A stretch of DNA of 35,867 nucleotides, from positions 1 to 35,867 of IMG/VR virus record IMGVR_UViG_3300032257_000065, one strand, 5' to 3'. Both the position numbers and the translations under genes were made by a program. This stretch comes from a virus. Lineage: Duplodnaviria > Caudoviricetes. Positions 25,010 through 35,100 of the stretch are shown here, piece after piece. Position 1 is the stretch's first letter; each line of letters opens with the position of its first letter. A model generated the notes under the pieces. It saw nothing but the letters and a program-made list of their open reading frames with translations. It had not been told where the DNA came from and searched no databases.

Positions 25010-27876
25010 TGGCTACTTATCAGATTACTGATCCTAGTGGTAAAAAGTTTAAGATAACTGCTCCTGAAGGGGCTACTCAAGATGAGGTTCTAGAGTTTGC
25101 TAGAACTAGAAGCACCCCTACGTCTAAATCACAAGAAGGTTTAGAACTCACTGACGCTATTGATGCCTATAAAGATGAGCACTTTCCTAATGTAGGTAAT
25201 CGTTTAGGTGCTTTTGAGTTTGGTGGATTCCACGGTACAGAAGAGAAGCGTAAAGAATTAGAGAATATCTTTAAACTTAAGGATGCCCTTATACAGCCTC
25301 GTGGTATCGATGAGAAGTTCAATGCTCTTAAAGAGGTTGATCCTACTATAACTCCTGCCGGATACGATAAAGAGAAAGATATAGCTTATGTTAATTGGAA
25401 GGGTAAGAAGTATCCTATAAATGCTGAAGGTGTTTCTTCTCAAGATATAACAGATATAGGTGCAGAGATAGGTGCTCAGGCTCCCCTAATGGCTGCAGGT
25501 GGTGGCTTAGGTGGTATCATTAAAGCAGGTTCTCTATTAGCTAAGGCTGCTGGTGTAGGTGTAGGTGCTGCATCCGGCTCTGCATTCAGAGACGTTACTG
25601 CTGACCTAGAAATAGATATGAATCATGCACTCTTAAGCGGTGCTTTAGGTGGTACATTAGAGGTAGTCATACCTACTGCTGGTAAGATGATAGGTAGGTA
25701 CTTCTCTGGTAAGGCTGCTAATAGTATTGTTAAGAAGTTTGAGATAGCTGCTAATCAAGAGAAGGCTAGAGGTATTACTAATCATCAAGACGTAATCACT
25801 GAGTCTATGAAGAAGATAGGTATTTTTCCTTCTGAACTACAATGGGCTGTTAAGAGGGCTGGGAAAGGTGCTAATATCTATGGACAAGATGCAGCTAAGA
25901 GTTACCTTAAACAAGCTAAACCTATAACTACTGCAGTAGAGAATTTTGTAACTAAGCACCCTAAAGTAGGTATGCCTTTACAGAAAGTATCTGAATGGGG
26001 ATCTAGTGCAGGCAAGCATACAGAGAATGCATTAGGTACACTGCTTACGTCTATTAATAACATAAGCACCCGACAAGCTATGAAGCTTAATAGATATGAA
26101 CATACGTTACATACTAAATTATTAGAGGGTAAAGATATCTCTAGGGGCTTCCAGAACGCATACAGAGCGCTTGAGCCGTCCGTTCAGCGTAAGTTCACTA
26201 CTATGCTATTCAATGGAGATAAAGAGGGCGTAGAAGCGATTGTACGTCAAGCAGGTAATGAGAAGTTACTTGACTCTTGGCTTAAGGTCAGAGGTACTTT
26301 AGACAATGTACATAAGGAATTAAAAGCTACAGGACATGAGGTAGGTTTCTTAGAGAACTATTTTCCACGTAATGTTAAAGATCAGAAAGGTCTTGACTCT
26401 TATAGAGGTGTAACCCGTGGTACTGAGGCAGAGGAATTAGTTAAAAGATGGGAGTCTCACTTTGGTAAGAAGATCGATGATCAGACACTAGGCCGTATTA
26501 TTGGTGGGGATATAAAGGTACGTAAAGAGATTCCTGTTAAAGCATCTACTCCTTCTAAGAAGAGAACTATTGAGAAAGTAGACGAAAAGATGGTTCCTTT
26601 CTATGATGATCCTGCAGAATACTTAGATGCATACTTACACAGAGCTATCAACAGTGTAGAGAAGAATAAGTTCTTAGGTATTAATAAGAATAACTCTAAG
26701 TATACAGCTTGGGATGATGCTGAATTCGATTCAGATATGTTATCTAATTCTATTGGTATACAGCTAGGAAGGGAAGTTAAGAATGGATCTTTGACATGGG
26801 ATGACGTAGCTAAACTTAAACCATTGTATCAAGCTCGATTTGGTAAAGGTGAAGAGTTTGCATCTACTGTACAGCAAAGAGCTAAGAACTTAATGTATAT
26901 GTGGACTTTAGGTAGTCCAATGTCTGCCCTTACTCAGGTAGGTGATTTAGCCTTATCAGCTCAGGTTAATGGATTGACTAATACTATAGCTGCAGTTGCT
27001 AAGACTTTAGGTAGAAAGAATGATGCTACAATTCATAAGACAGGCGTTGATTTAATATCTCATGAATTTAGTAGTAACCTATCTACTGCTCGTGCATTAG
27101 ATGCTACACTTAAATGGTCAGGCTTTAAAGCTGTTGATAAGTTTGGTAAGACAGTACATATAAATGCCTCTCTTGCTAAACATAAACAAGCATTACGTAG
27201 TTCGAAAGGAACAGAACGTTTTGTACAAGAGTATAAAGATGCATTTACTCCTGCGGAGCTTAATCGTGTTATTCGTGATCTTAAGTCTGGTAAACAGACT
27301 GATCTATCTAGTGTAGTGCTATGGAATGATCTAACAAAAGCACAACCTATTGCCTTATCTCAGATGCCTAAGTGGTACTTAGAACATCCTAAAGGCCGTA
27401 TGTTATACATGCTTAAGACATTCACTATTAAACAGTTTGACTTGATGAGAAGAGAGGCTTTCCAGAAGATAGCTAATGGTCAAGTTAAGGAAGGTACTAA
27501 GAATCTACTTACCTTTGCCACTATGTTTACAGGAGCTAATGCTTCTATAGAACAAGTTAAGAATTGGTTAAGAGGTAAAGATGTAGACTTCGCAGACACC
27601 GTGTATGCTAACATGCATAAGAATTGGGGTGGTTCTGAATGGCTACTTAAGAAAGCCTCTGGTAGAGGTGTGTCAGGTGCTATAGAAGCAGCTATAGGTG
27701 TAGTTACTCCTCCTTTAGATGCTCCGGCTAAGACAATAGATGCATTTACTAGTGGTGTAGCTGATAGTAACAAGGCGATAGATATATTAAATGAGACAGC
27801 TAAGACACTACCTATAGTAGGTGGATATACTCAGATGGTAAATACTTTCATGGGTAATACTAAAAATGACAAGTAG
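25009..27876 (+). CDS. large internal virion (ejection) protein
   Basis: 955 aa, Gly/Ala-rich hydrophobic segment, G.LENYFPR, helical C-terminus; third of three coupled genes. Confidence 0.75.
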   Translation: MATYQITDPSGKKFKITAPEGATQDEVLEFARTRSTPTSKSQEGLELTDAIDAYKDEHFPNVGNRLGAFEFGGFHGTEEKRKELENIFKLKDALIQPRGIDEKFNALKEVDPTITPAGYDKEKDIAYVNWKGKKYPINAEGVSSQDITDIGAEIGAQAPLMAAGGGLGGIIKAGSLLAKAAGVGVGAASGSAFRDVTADLEIDMNHALLSGALGGTLEVVIPTAGKMIGRYFSGKAANSIVKKFEIAANQEKARGITNHQDVITESMKKIGIFPSELQWAVKRAGKGANIYGQDAAKSYLKQAKPITTAVENFVTKHPKVGMPLQKVSEWGSSAGKHTENALGTLLTSINNISTRQAMKLNRYEHTLHTKLLEGKDISRGFQNAYRALEPSVQRKFTTMLFNGDKEGVEAIVRQAGNEKLLDSWLKVRGTLDNVHKELKATGHEVGFLENYFPRNVKDQKGLDSYRGVTRGTEAEELVKRWESHFGKKIDDQTLGRIIGGDIKVRKEIPVKASTPSKKRTIEKVDEKMVPFYDDPAEYLDAYLHRAINSVEKNKFLGINKNNSKYTAWDDAEFDSDMLSNSIGIQLGREVKNGSLTWDDVAKLKPLYQARFGKGEEFASTVQQRAKNLMYMWTLGSPMSALTQVGDLALSAQVNGLTNTIAAVAKTLGRKNDATIHKTGVDLISHEFSSNLSTARALDATLKWSGFKAVDKFGKTVHINASLAKHKQALRSSKGTERFVQEYKDAFTPAELNRVIRDLKSGKQTDLSSVVLWNDLTKAQPIALSQMPKWYLEHPKGRMLYMLKTFTIKQFDLMRREAFQKIANGQVKEGTKNLLTFATMFTGANASIEQVKNWLRGKDVDFADTVYANMHKNWGGSEWLLKKASGRGVSGAIEAAIGVVTPPLDAPAKTIDAFTSGVADSNKAIDILNETAKTLPIVGGYTQMVNTFMGNTKNDK

Positions 27877-28096
27877 GACAGTATTAATGAATGAATTGGA
27901 AGTAGGTAAGTTAATATCTGCAGTAGAGAACCTTACTAAGACAGTAGACGCTTTATCAACTAAAGTAGATGAATTAGAGTCTCAGCTAGATAGAGGTAAA
28001 GGTGTGATCATTGGTATCTTCCTGATCGCAGGCTTCTTAGGTGCGGCAGGGTCAACACTGATACACAAAGCTATGAGTTTTATTGGAGGTTCTTAA
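27866..28096 (+). CDS. small coiled-coil protein with C-terminal TM helix
   Basis: Heptad pattern followed by GVIIGIFLIAGFLGAAG. Confidence 0.7.
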   Translation: MTSRTVLMNELEVGKLISAVENLTKTVDALSTKVDELESQLDRGKGVIIGIFLIAGFLGAAGSTLIHKAMSFIGGS

Positions 28097-28467
28097 TGGC
28101 TACCTTTAGAGGAAGTCCTACCCCAGAGGCTGGTTCAGTAGTAAGAGCTACTGCTTCTGAGATAGACATAGCGGATGCTAATAATTACTTTGATGGTACT
28201 GAGGTAGAGACCGCTCTTGAAGAATTAGCAGTAAGTGTTGGACTCGGTACAGATGTAGATATTAGATATAAAAGTATCACAGGGTCAGTATATACTATAA
28301 CCAATGCTGAACTTATAGATGGTTATAATATATATGGTATTAATTATTCAGGCACTGTAACTATTACTCTACCTTTTGAACCTCAACAAACACAGATCAT
28401 TGTAGTTAAAGATGAATCAGGCAATGCTGATACTAATAACATACAGATCGTAACCTTGGATAGTTAA
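28096..28467 (+). CDS. small acidic virion/fibre-associated protein
   Basis: GGAGG RBS; NYFDGTEVETALEEL and TITLP...VVKDESGNA..NNI fibre-type motifs. Confidence 0.7.
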   Translation: MATFRGSPTPEAGSVVRATASEIDIADANNYFDGTEVETALEELAVSVGLGTDVDIRYKSITGSVYTITNAELIDGYNIYGINYSGTVTITLPFEPQQTQIIVVKDESGNADTNNIQIVTLDS

Positions 28468-28469
28468 AT

Positions 28470-28913
28470 ATGGCTGTTGTATTATTTTGTTTCAAGCATA
28501 AAGGGACTGACGAAGTAGAAGGTCATCGTAGAGGTGATCCTATCGTAGCTATGCGTAATAATCATATATGGGGATCTGGTGAAGATAAGCGGGCACATTT
28601 AGCGTTACACGGCAACACAGACAACTGGACTGATGCAACGGTGCTAATAAAGATCACCGGTATGTCAGTTGCAAGAGCCACAGCGTTAATGAACAGAGAC
28701 ACGCGAGCCGCTAATATTTCAGATATTGAATATGAATCTCCTGATGCAGAGGATAGAGTAGTTCAATTGGCTCGTAAAATGTGGCGTGTTCGGTTTGCAG
28801 AAATGCCCCCAGCTTGGAAAAGCGCATTAAATAATATTGGTTATCTTGAAGTGACAATCGACGAAATTAGGCCGTATTTCAGGCATCGTAGATCAGAAGA
28901 GGTCATTGCCTAA
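28470..28913 (+). CDS. hypothetical protein
   Basis: 147 aa, TAATG-coupled to the next gene. Confidence 0.75.
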   Translation: MAVVLFCFKHKGTDEVEGHRRGDPIVAMRNNHIWGSGEDKRAHLALHGNTDNWTDATVLIKITGMSVARATALMNRDTRAANISDIEYESPDAEDRVVQLARKMWRVRFAEMPPAWKSALNNIGYLEVTIDEIRPYFRHRRSEEVIA

Positions 28914-30013
28914 TGGCTGATCAAACATTTCAAATTGGTACAGGTGAGACTTACACTACTATTGCAGGATGGGAAGCGGCTAGTGATGTTAGTACAGGTT
29001 TCTGGAAAGGCGAATTAAAAGACACTGCTGCTTATGGTGGTGTTACTATCGCTGGTGTTACTGGTACTCCTTCTATTAGTAATTATGTCTGGCTATCTGC
29101 TACAAGCGGTAATAAGCATTCTGGTTTAGCAGGAACAACTCACGCAAGAATAGCTGCGGCTGGTGCTGGTGCTGTAACTATATCTGATGATTTTACTCGT
29201 ATCGACGATATTGAGATTGGTCTAACCGGCTCTAATAATTCTGATGAAGCCATAAGAATAACTGCTAACACTAATAATGTTTTAATATCTCGTTGTATTA
29301 TATGGACAGGTACAACACAAATAGATAAAGACGGAATTTATACTGGTAATTGGGATTGTTCGTATAGTGTTGATAACAGTATTATTTATGGGTTTACTCG
29401 TGGCGGAATTAATGCTCAAAGTTGGCAGAATTCAACTAGAACTCAGACAGTTAATATTGATTATTGTACGATTGTAAAATGTGGCTCTTCTGGTGAGGTT
29501 GAATCAGCGGGTATCACATCAAGAACTGGTGGCACGAATGTAACTAATAATATCAATGTCTATAATACAGGTTGTTTTGATACTGCCAGCACCTATGATG
29601 ATTTTGCTAACTATACAGAAGCAGGAACAACTAACTGGACAGGCACACACAATGCTAGCTCAGACGCTTCCTTAACAAGTCGCGGCATTGCTACCAGCGC
29701 ACAAGAGAGCTTAACACTCACAGCCACTACTCAATCTAGTGGTAGTTATTTTGTTGTTCAGAATATCGGAGCAGGTACAGAAGACTATCAACTACTAGAC
29801 GAAGCTGCTGGTAACTTAGCGATAGGTAATGCCACTGATAGAGTAGGTAGTGAACCTGATGCAAGACAAGATTTTAGTTTAGATATTGTTGGAAACACTA
29901 GGAACACGTCTAGTCCAAGTCCAGATATTGGAGCAAGTGATATATATACTACACCTGTGAGTGGTGGAATAGAGGTGTTTAGAAGAAGAATAATGATGAG
30001 GAATGTAGCGTGA
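28913..30013 (+). CDS. putative right-handed beta-helix (pectin lyase-like) virion protein
   Basis: YTTIAGWEAA start, repeated I..C.I/N.IIY rungs, C-terminal DI.G..R....PDIGA. Confidence 0.65.
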   Translation: MADQTFQIGTGETYTTIAGWEAASDVSTGFWKGELKDTAAYGGVTIAGVTGTPSISNYVWLSATSGNKHSGLAGTTHARIAAAGAGAVTISDDFTRIDDIEIGLTGSNNSDEAIRITANTNNVLISRCIIWTGTTQIDKDGIYTGNWDCSYSVDNSIIYGFTRGGINAQSWQNSTRTQTVNIDYCTIVKCGSSGEVESAGITSRTGGTNVTNNINVYNTGCFDTASTYDDFANYTEAGTTNWTGTHNASSDASLTSRGIATSAQESLTLTATTQSSGSYFVVQNIGAGTEDYQLLDEAAGNLAIGNATDRVGSEPDARQDFSLDIVGNTRNTSSPSPDIGASDIYTTPVSGGIEVFRRRIMMRNVA

Positions 30014-32196
30014 TATTAGGTAAATATAACCAATCAAAGACTATTACATTTGATCTATACGATCTAGACGGTGTAGATATGTCTGTCGCTGCTACCTTTG
30101 CAGCAGGCGATGTTAAGATAATGAAAGATGAGGGAGCAGAGGCTAATACTACTAACCTTCCTACAGATGAGGGCAGCTCCTACTCTCTAGTACTTACAGC
30201 TACAGAGATGAGTGCTGCACGTATACGTATTATATTGATAGATCAGACGGCTACAAAAGTATGGCTAGATACATCTATAGGTATAGAGACGTATGGTAAT
30301 GCTAGTGCAGAACATGCTTTTGACCTAGATACAGCGTCTACTGCTCAGACTGGAGACTCATATGCACGTATCGGTGCTCCTGCTGGTGCTTCTATAGCTG
30401 CTGATTTAGTAGTAATAGATAACTTTGTAGACGATCTAGAGACTAGGCTTACAGCTACAAGAGCAGGCTACTTAGATAACCTAAGTGTTGCCCCTGCTAC
30501 AGCTACAGCCCTCTCTACAGCGCAAACAGACCTTGATACGATTACAGGTACTAATGGTGTTCTAATTGACGATACAGAGGCAGCGGCCTTAGTTGATGAT
30601 GTGTGGGATGAGGTTCTAACAGGTGGAGCTCATAATGTCACTAACTCGGCTGGTCGTAGGCTTCGATCAATTCAAGAGTTTCAAGGATATGAAGGCGGCC
30701 ATGTTTGGATAGATGGTGTCAACGGCACAGCAGGAACCGTATCTTATGAAAATGGAACGGTTGAGAATCCAGTAGACGCGCCAGCAGGGTCTATCGCAGA
30801 TGCTAATACAATAGCGGCGGCTGTAAGTTTATCCAGATTTAGCGTAGCACCAGCAACTTCAATAACTTTTGCCGCCTCTCAAGCAAATCAAATATTTGAA
30901 GGGCATGAGTGGACTGTTGCACTAGGTGGTCAAGCTGTGACAGCTTCTATGTTTATAGACGCTTCTGTATCAGGTACAGGAACGGGGGCTGAGTCAGAGT
31001 GGGAACAGTGTATTTTTGGTGTCACCTCTTTACCAGCTATGCAAGCGTATAACTGTTCATTTACAGCAACAGCGTCAGGCGGCTTCACAATGAGTGCTGC
31101 TGGTGATTATAGGTTTATTAATTGCCAATCAGGGGTTGCAGGTTCAGGTAGTCCGCTGTTTACGTCAGGCGCTGGAGCGCATACAGCAGAGTTCAGAAGA
31201 TGGTCAGGCGGCATTACATTTGCTGGATTAACCTCAAGCGATACCATTACGGTAGGTGGTGAGATGGGTACTATTGATTTAGGCTCGCCAGCAAGTGCGG
31301 CTGTGATTGAGGTACGAGGCACTTATAAAGCAATAACTAATATCGGTTCGGCAACTGTGAATACTGACGGGGCTATATTAGCCTCAGATGTTGCAGATAC
31401 ATTAGCAGACACTAACGAGCTGCAAACTAATCAAGGTAACTGGCTAACAGCGACAGGCTTTGCTACTGAGGCCAAGCAGGATATTATTGATGCGAATGTT
31501 GATGCTATCCTAGTAGATACTAATGAGTTGCAGACTGATTGGGTAGACGGTGGACGTTTAGATAATTTACTTGACGGTGCTTCTAGTGCTGGTGATCCTT
31601 GGACTACTGCAATACCCGGAGCTTATGGTGTTGGTACTGCTGGATATATTGTAGGTAATAATGTAGATGCACCTATCTCTACAGTAGATACAGTAGTAGA
31701 TGGTATACAAACAGACCTAGATAACGCTACTGATGGCCTAGGTGCTATTAAGACAGCGGTAGACTCTCGTATGGCAGAAGCAAGTATTAATACTACTGGA
31801 GGTGCAGTAGATAATGTAACGCTAGTAGGTACTACTACTACTAATACTGATATGCGTGGAACTGATAGTGCTGCTACAGCTACAGCCTTAGCTACAGTAG
31901 ATACTAATGTAGATGCTATCCTAGTAGACACAGGGACAACCTTACCTGCTACATTAGCAGCCTTGAATGACATCTCAGTTAGTGATATACTTACTACTCA
32001 GATGACAGAGGCCTACGCTGCAGATGGAGTAGCTCCTACTCTAGCTCAAGCCCTATTCTTAATACAGCAGACTATAGGAGACTTCAGTATTACAAGTACT
32101 ACTCTTACAACTAAGCAGTTAGATGGCACTACAACAGCGGCCACATACACCTTAGATGATGCTACCAATCCAACAAGCAGGACTAGGTTCTCATAA
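30010..32196 (+). CDS. large acidic T/A/G/D-rich virion protein (fibre/spike-like)
   Basis: GTG start overlapping the upstream stop; repeated VDAILVDT and DTNELQT segments. Confidence 0.72.
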   Translation: MILGKYNQSKTITFDLYDLDGVDMSVAATFAAGDVKIMKDEGAEANTTNLPTDEGSSYSLVLTATEMSAARIRIILIDQTATKVWLDTSIGIETYGNASAEHAFDLDTASTAQTGDSYARIGAPAGASIAADLVVIDNFVDDLETRLTATRAGYLDNLSVAPATATALSTAQTDLDTITGTNGVLIDDTEAAALVDDVWDEVLTGGAHNVTNSAGRRLRSIQEFQGYEGGHVWIDGVNGTAGTVSYENGTVENPVDAPAGSIADANTIAAAVSLSRFSVAPATSITFAASQANQIFEGHEWTVALGGQAVTASMFIDASVSGTGTGAESEWEQCIFGVTSLPAMQAYNCSFTATASGGFTMSAAGDYRFINCQSGVAGSGSPLFTSGAGAHTAEFRRWSGGITFAGLTSSDTITVGGEMGTIDLGSPASAAVIEVRGTYKAITNIGSATVNTDGAILASDVADTLADTNELQTNQGNWLTATGFATEAKQDIIDANVDAILVDTNELQTDWVDGGRLDNLLDGASSAGDPWTTAIPGAYGVGTAGYIVGNNVDAPISTVDTVVDGIQTDLDNATDGLGAIKTAVDSRMAEASINTTGGAVDNVTLVGTTTTNTDMRGTDSAATATALATVDTNVDAILVDTGTTLPATLAALNDISVSDILTTQMTEAYAADGVAPTLAQALFLIQQTIGDFSITSTTLTTKQLDGTTTAATYTLDDATNPTSRTRFS

Positions 32197-34649
32197 TGTC
32201 AATATCTTCAATACTTACCCGTGGTATTGGAGTCTTTGGTAGTGTAAATAAAGTAGTCACTGCCGGATTCACCTCCGGTATTGATTTAGGTGTAACCATT
32301 GATGGTGCAGCAAGTTATACACTTACAGAGGCTTATACTTCTGTTATGCTGTACTATGATGGATCTAATTACTTTACCTTAGACTCTATAGCTCAGAGCC
32401 ATACTCATCCTTTCTCAGACCTTACTGCTACGCCTACTACTTTAGCTGGCTACGGTATAACTGACGGTGCATTATCTACTCACCTACATACTGGTATATA
32501 TGAACCTGTATTCTCTAAAGGTACCGGTTTCAACCTCAACTTAGGTACTGTTGCAGGTACTGTAAGCGAAGGAGACCATAACCACACATTAGACTCTCTG
32601 AGTAATTTAACAATAACTGCTAACAGTGTAGGTGAGTTGCTTAAGTGGAATGGAAGTGCATGGATTAATAATACTCTTGCAGAGGCTGGAATAAGTGCTA
32701 CAGGGCATACTCATACTGAATCTGATATCACGGATTTACAATCGTACTCTTTATCTACCCATGTGCATACAGGTGTATATGAGCCTGCTGACGCTACTAT
32801 TTTAAAAGATGCCGATATAGGTGTTAATGTTCAGGCATATGACGCTACGCTGGAGACTGGGGCGACTCAGGATCAAACCGCTGGTGAGATAGAGGCTATA
32901 GTAAACCATGATAATTTACTAGGTTTTGTAGCTAATGAACATATAGATTGGACTGCTGATCAAGGCGCTACTAATATACATAGTGGTAACTATACTGATA
33001 CGGATACTACTGATCATACTGCTTTAAGTAATATTGGCACTAACAGCCATGCTGTCATAGACAGTCATATAGCTGATGGTACCTTACACTATACTCAAGC
33101 AGCTATTAGTATCACAGAGAGTCAGATAAGTGATCTAGGTTCTTATTCTTTAACTAGTCATAATCATACATTAGATGGTTTAAGTAATACAACTATTACA
33201 GCTAATAGTAGTGGTGAGATCTTAAAGTGGAATGGAAGTGCATGGGTTAATAATACTCTTGCAGAGGCTGGAATAAGTACAATAACTGATCATGGTGGAT
33301 TAACAGGTCTTGCTGATGACGACCACACTCAGTACCATAACGACACTAGAGCTTTAACATGGTTAGGTACTCGCTCTACTTCTGATCTCAGTGAAGGGAC
33401 TAACCTATACTACACAGACGCTAGAGTAACTTCATTTGTTGATAAGGCGTTTGTTGATGCTCTTAATGTTGACGCTGATACGCTTGATACTCTTAATTCA
33501 ACTCAGTTTCTGAGATCTGATGCTACTGATTCATTTGATAGAGATAATGGGTATCTTAGATTTATCAATACTGATGGAGGTACCGCTGACTCAGCAACAA
33601 GTACATTAGGAGCTTTGGAGGTTTACCAGCCTACTTCTGGTGCCGATGCCTTTATGAATTTTCATATAGGTGGAGACTATGCTACCTATTTTGGACTAGA
33701 TGGTACAACTAACGATATCTTTGTAGGCGGTTGGAGCAATGGAGCGGTTAAGTATACTATCTGGCATGAAGGTAATGATGGGTCTGGTAGTGGCCTAGAC
33801 GCTGATACCTTAGATGGGGTTGAGGGTTCTGGTTATTCTCTAAGCGGACATACTCATACATTAGATGGTTTAAGTAATACAACTATTACAGCTAATAGTA
33901 GTGGTGAGATCTTAAAGTGGAATGGAAGTGCATGGATTAATAATACTCTTGCAGAGGCAGGTATAGATAAGACCTATATCGATTCACTAGGTGTTGATGC
34001 TACTACTTTAAGTGGGTCTAGTAAAGATTCTTTGTGGTTATCACCTACTTCGGCTACAGTGCCAGTGAGGAGTTCTTCTGGGCAGCTAGGCGCTCCTTCT
34101 CTTTATATAAGTGGAACTCCTATTACTTCTGTTGCCTCCCATGTACTGATTGAATCAGCTAGTACTAAATATTACCAAAGACAAACTATTGCTCAGTTTC
34201 TAACTAATCATAATCTAGTTACTAGTGTAGTTAGTCAAGCAGAAGCAGAAGCTGGCACATCTACTACTAGTAGAATTTGGACAGCTCAAAGAGTTGCACA
34301 AGCTATAGCTGCACTAGAGACTACTTATGTTAATCCAGTAGAAAGAGATGTATTTACTGCAACAACTGCTAGTATTACTGCTAATAACTGGTCAGTAAGC
34401 AGTACCCATACCCTGATAAATGTCACTAATGTAGAAAGTATCACTGTTATGGCTATAAGAAATAGCGGTACTGCAACAGAAGCTGTCAGTTGGGTAGCTT
34501 GGGATGATACAGGTTATATGTCATCTAATGATCAATTCAGTAATATAGCTATGGGATCTACGGCTGCTTCTGGAACAATTAGATTACGTCTATATAACTC
34601 AGATGTTACTGGAACCATCTCTTATAGATGTGTTGTTACAGGCACTTAA
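32196..34649 (+). CDS. tail fibre protein with seven HxH motifs and three internal 39-aa repeats
   Basis: PTTLAGYGITD, DLSEGTNLYYTDAR, WHEGNDGSGSGLDADTLDG fibre motifs. Confidence 0.85.
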   Translation: MSISSILTRGIGVFGSVNKVVTAGFTSGIDLGVTIDGAASYTLTEAYTSVMLYYDGSNYFTLDSIAQSHTHPFSDLTATPTTLAGYGITDGALSTHLHTGIYEPVFSKGTGFNLNLGTVAGTVSEGDHNHTLDSLSNLTITANSVGELLKWNGSAWINNTLAEAGISATGHTHTESDITDLQSYSLSTHVHTGVYEPADATILKDADIGVNVQAYDATLETGATQDQTAGEIEAIVNHDNLLGFVANEHIDWTADQGATNIHSGNYTDTDTTDHTALSNIGTNSHAVIDSHIADGTLHYTQAAISITESQISDLGSYSLTSHNHTLDGLSNTTITANSSGEILKWNGSAWVNNTLAEAGISTITDHGGLTGLADDDHTQYHNDTRALTWLGTRSTSDLSEGTNLYYTDARVTSFVDKAFVDALNVDADTLDTLNSTQFLRSDATDSFDRDNGYLRFINTDGGTADSATSTLGALEVYQPTSGADAFMNFHIGGDYATYFGLDGTTNDIFVGGWSNGAVKYTIWHEGNDGSGSGLDADTLDGVEGSGYSLSGHTHTLDGLSNTTITANSSGEILKWNGSAWINNTLAEAGIDKTYIDSLGVDATTLSGSSKDSLWLSPTSATVPVRSSSGQLGAPSLYISGTPITSVASHVLIESASTKYYQRQTIAQFLTNHNLVTSVVSQAEAEAGTSTTSRIWTAQRVAQAIAALETTYVNPVERDVFTATTASITANNWSVSSTHTLINVTNVESITVMAIRNSGTATEAVSWVAWDDTGYMSSNDQFSNIAMGSTAASGTIRLRLYNSDVTGTISYRCVVTGT
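32577..33965 (+). repeat. three dispersed 117-bp in-frame repeats (32577-32693, 33159-33275, 33849-33965)
   Basis: HxHTLDxLSNxTITANSxGExLKWNGSAWxNNTLAEAGI; copies 2 and 3 are nearly identical in DNA. Confidence 0.95.
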
Positions 34650-34671
34650 AACCTACAAGAGAGAGGGTCTC

Positions 34672-35100
34672 TTAACGATTAGAAACAAGGCTTCCACCAA
34701 AGTAAAGGCCTATAATAGCACTTACGAGGTGTGTGTCCAGAGGTGTCAGGAGTATTCCCCCTGTCTGCATCTGATGCCATTGGACTATATCCTTTCCTTC
34801 CGTAAAGAATAAGAACCCACTCTGCCACTCTGTCCAACCATAGGTTACAGGTGTGTCCCATAAACCTGCTAGTTTCGGTAAGACGATGATAGCTAGTACG
34901 GATGAGATCGCTATAACTCTTCGTGTGAACTGTAAGCTTTTGTCCTTTCGAGCTTGCTGTAGTTGTTTCCCTCTCTCCTTCATTGCATCTAATTGAGCTA
35001 GGGCTATCTGTTTCTTCGACTCTGTTGACTGAGACCAAATACTCATTATCCCACCGAGTACTGTACTCACCCCCATTGTTAGTAATTCTACTGGTATCAT
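34672..35100 (-). CDS. holin-like membrane protein
   Basis: AGGAG RBS, about three hydrophobic segments, C-terminal AIIGLYFGGS; adjacent to the muralytic gene. Confidence 0.65.
   Translation of the reverse strand: MIPVELLTMGVSTVLGGIMSIWSQSTESKKQIALAQLDAMKERGKQLQQARKDKSLQFTRRVIAISSVLAIIVLPKLAGLWDTPVTYGWTEWQSGFLFFTEGKDIVQWHQMQTGGILLTPLDTHLVSAIIGLYFGGSLVSNR

Noticed and set aside
25009-27876. 955-aa protein as a virion RNA polymerase reading the GNA hairpins
   Set aside because: No polymerase motifs recognised and far smaller than N4 vRNAP; fits an ejection protein.
13913-31973. Minus-strand ORFs opposite structural genes (e.g. 13913-14101, 14673-14963, 17459-17797, 24254-24562, 27480-27773, 31623-31973)
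   Set aside because: Antisense shadows of codon-biased genes, with no independent support.
32577-33965. Fibre repeats as a DGR template/variable pair
   Set aside because: No reverse transcriptase in the window; all copies are in-frame coding and not C-terminal.
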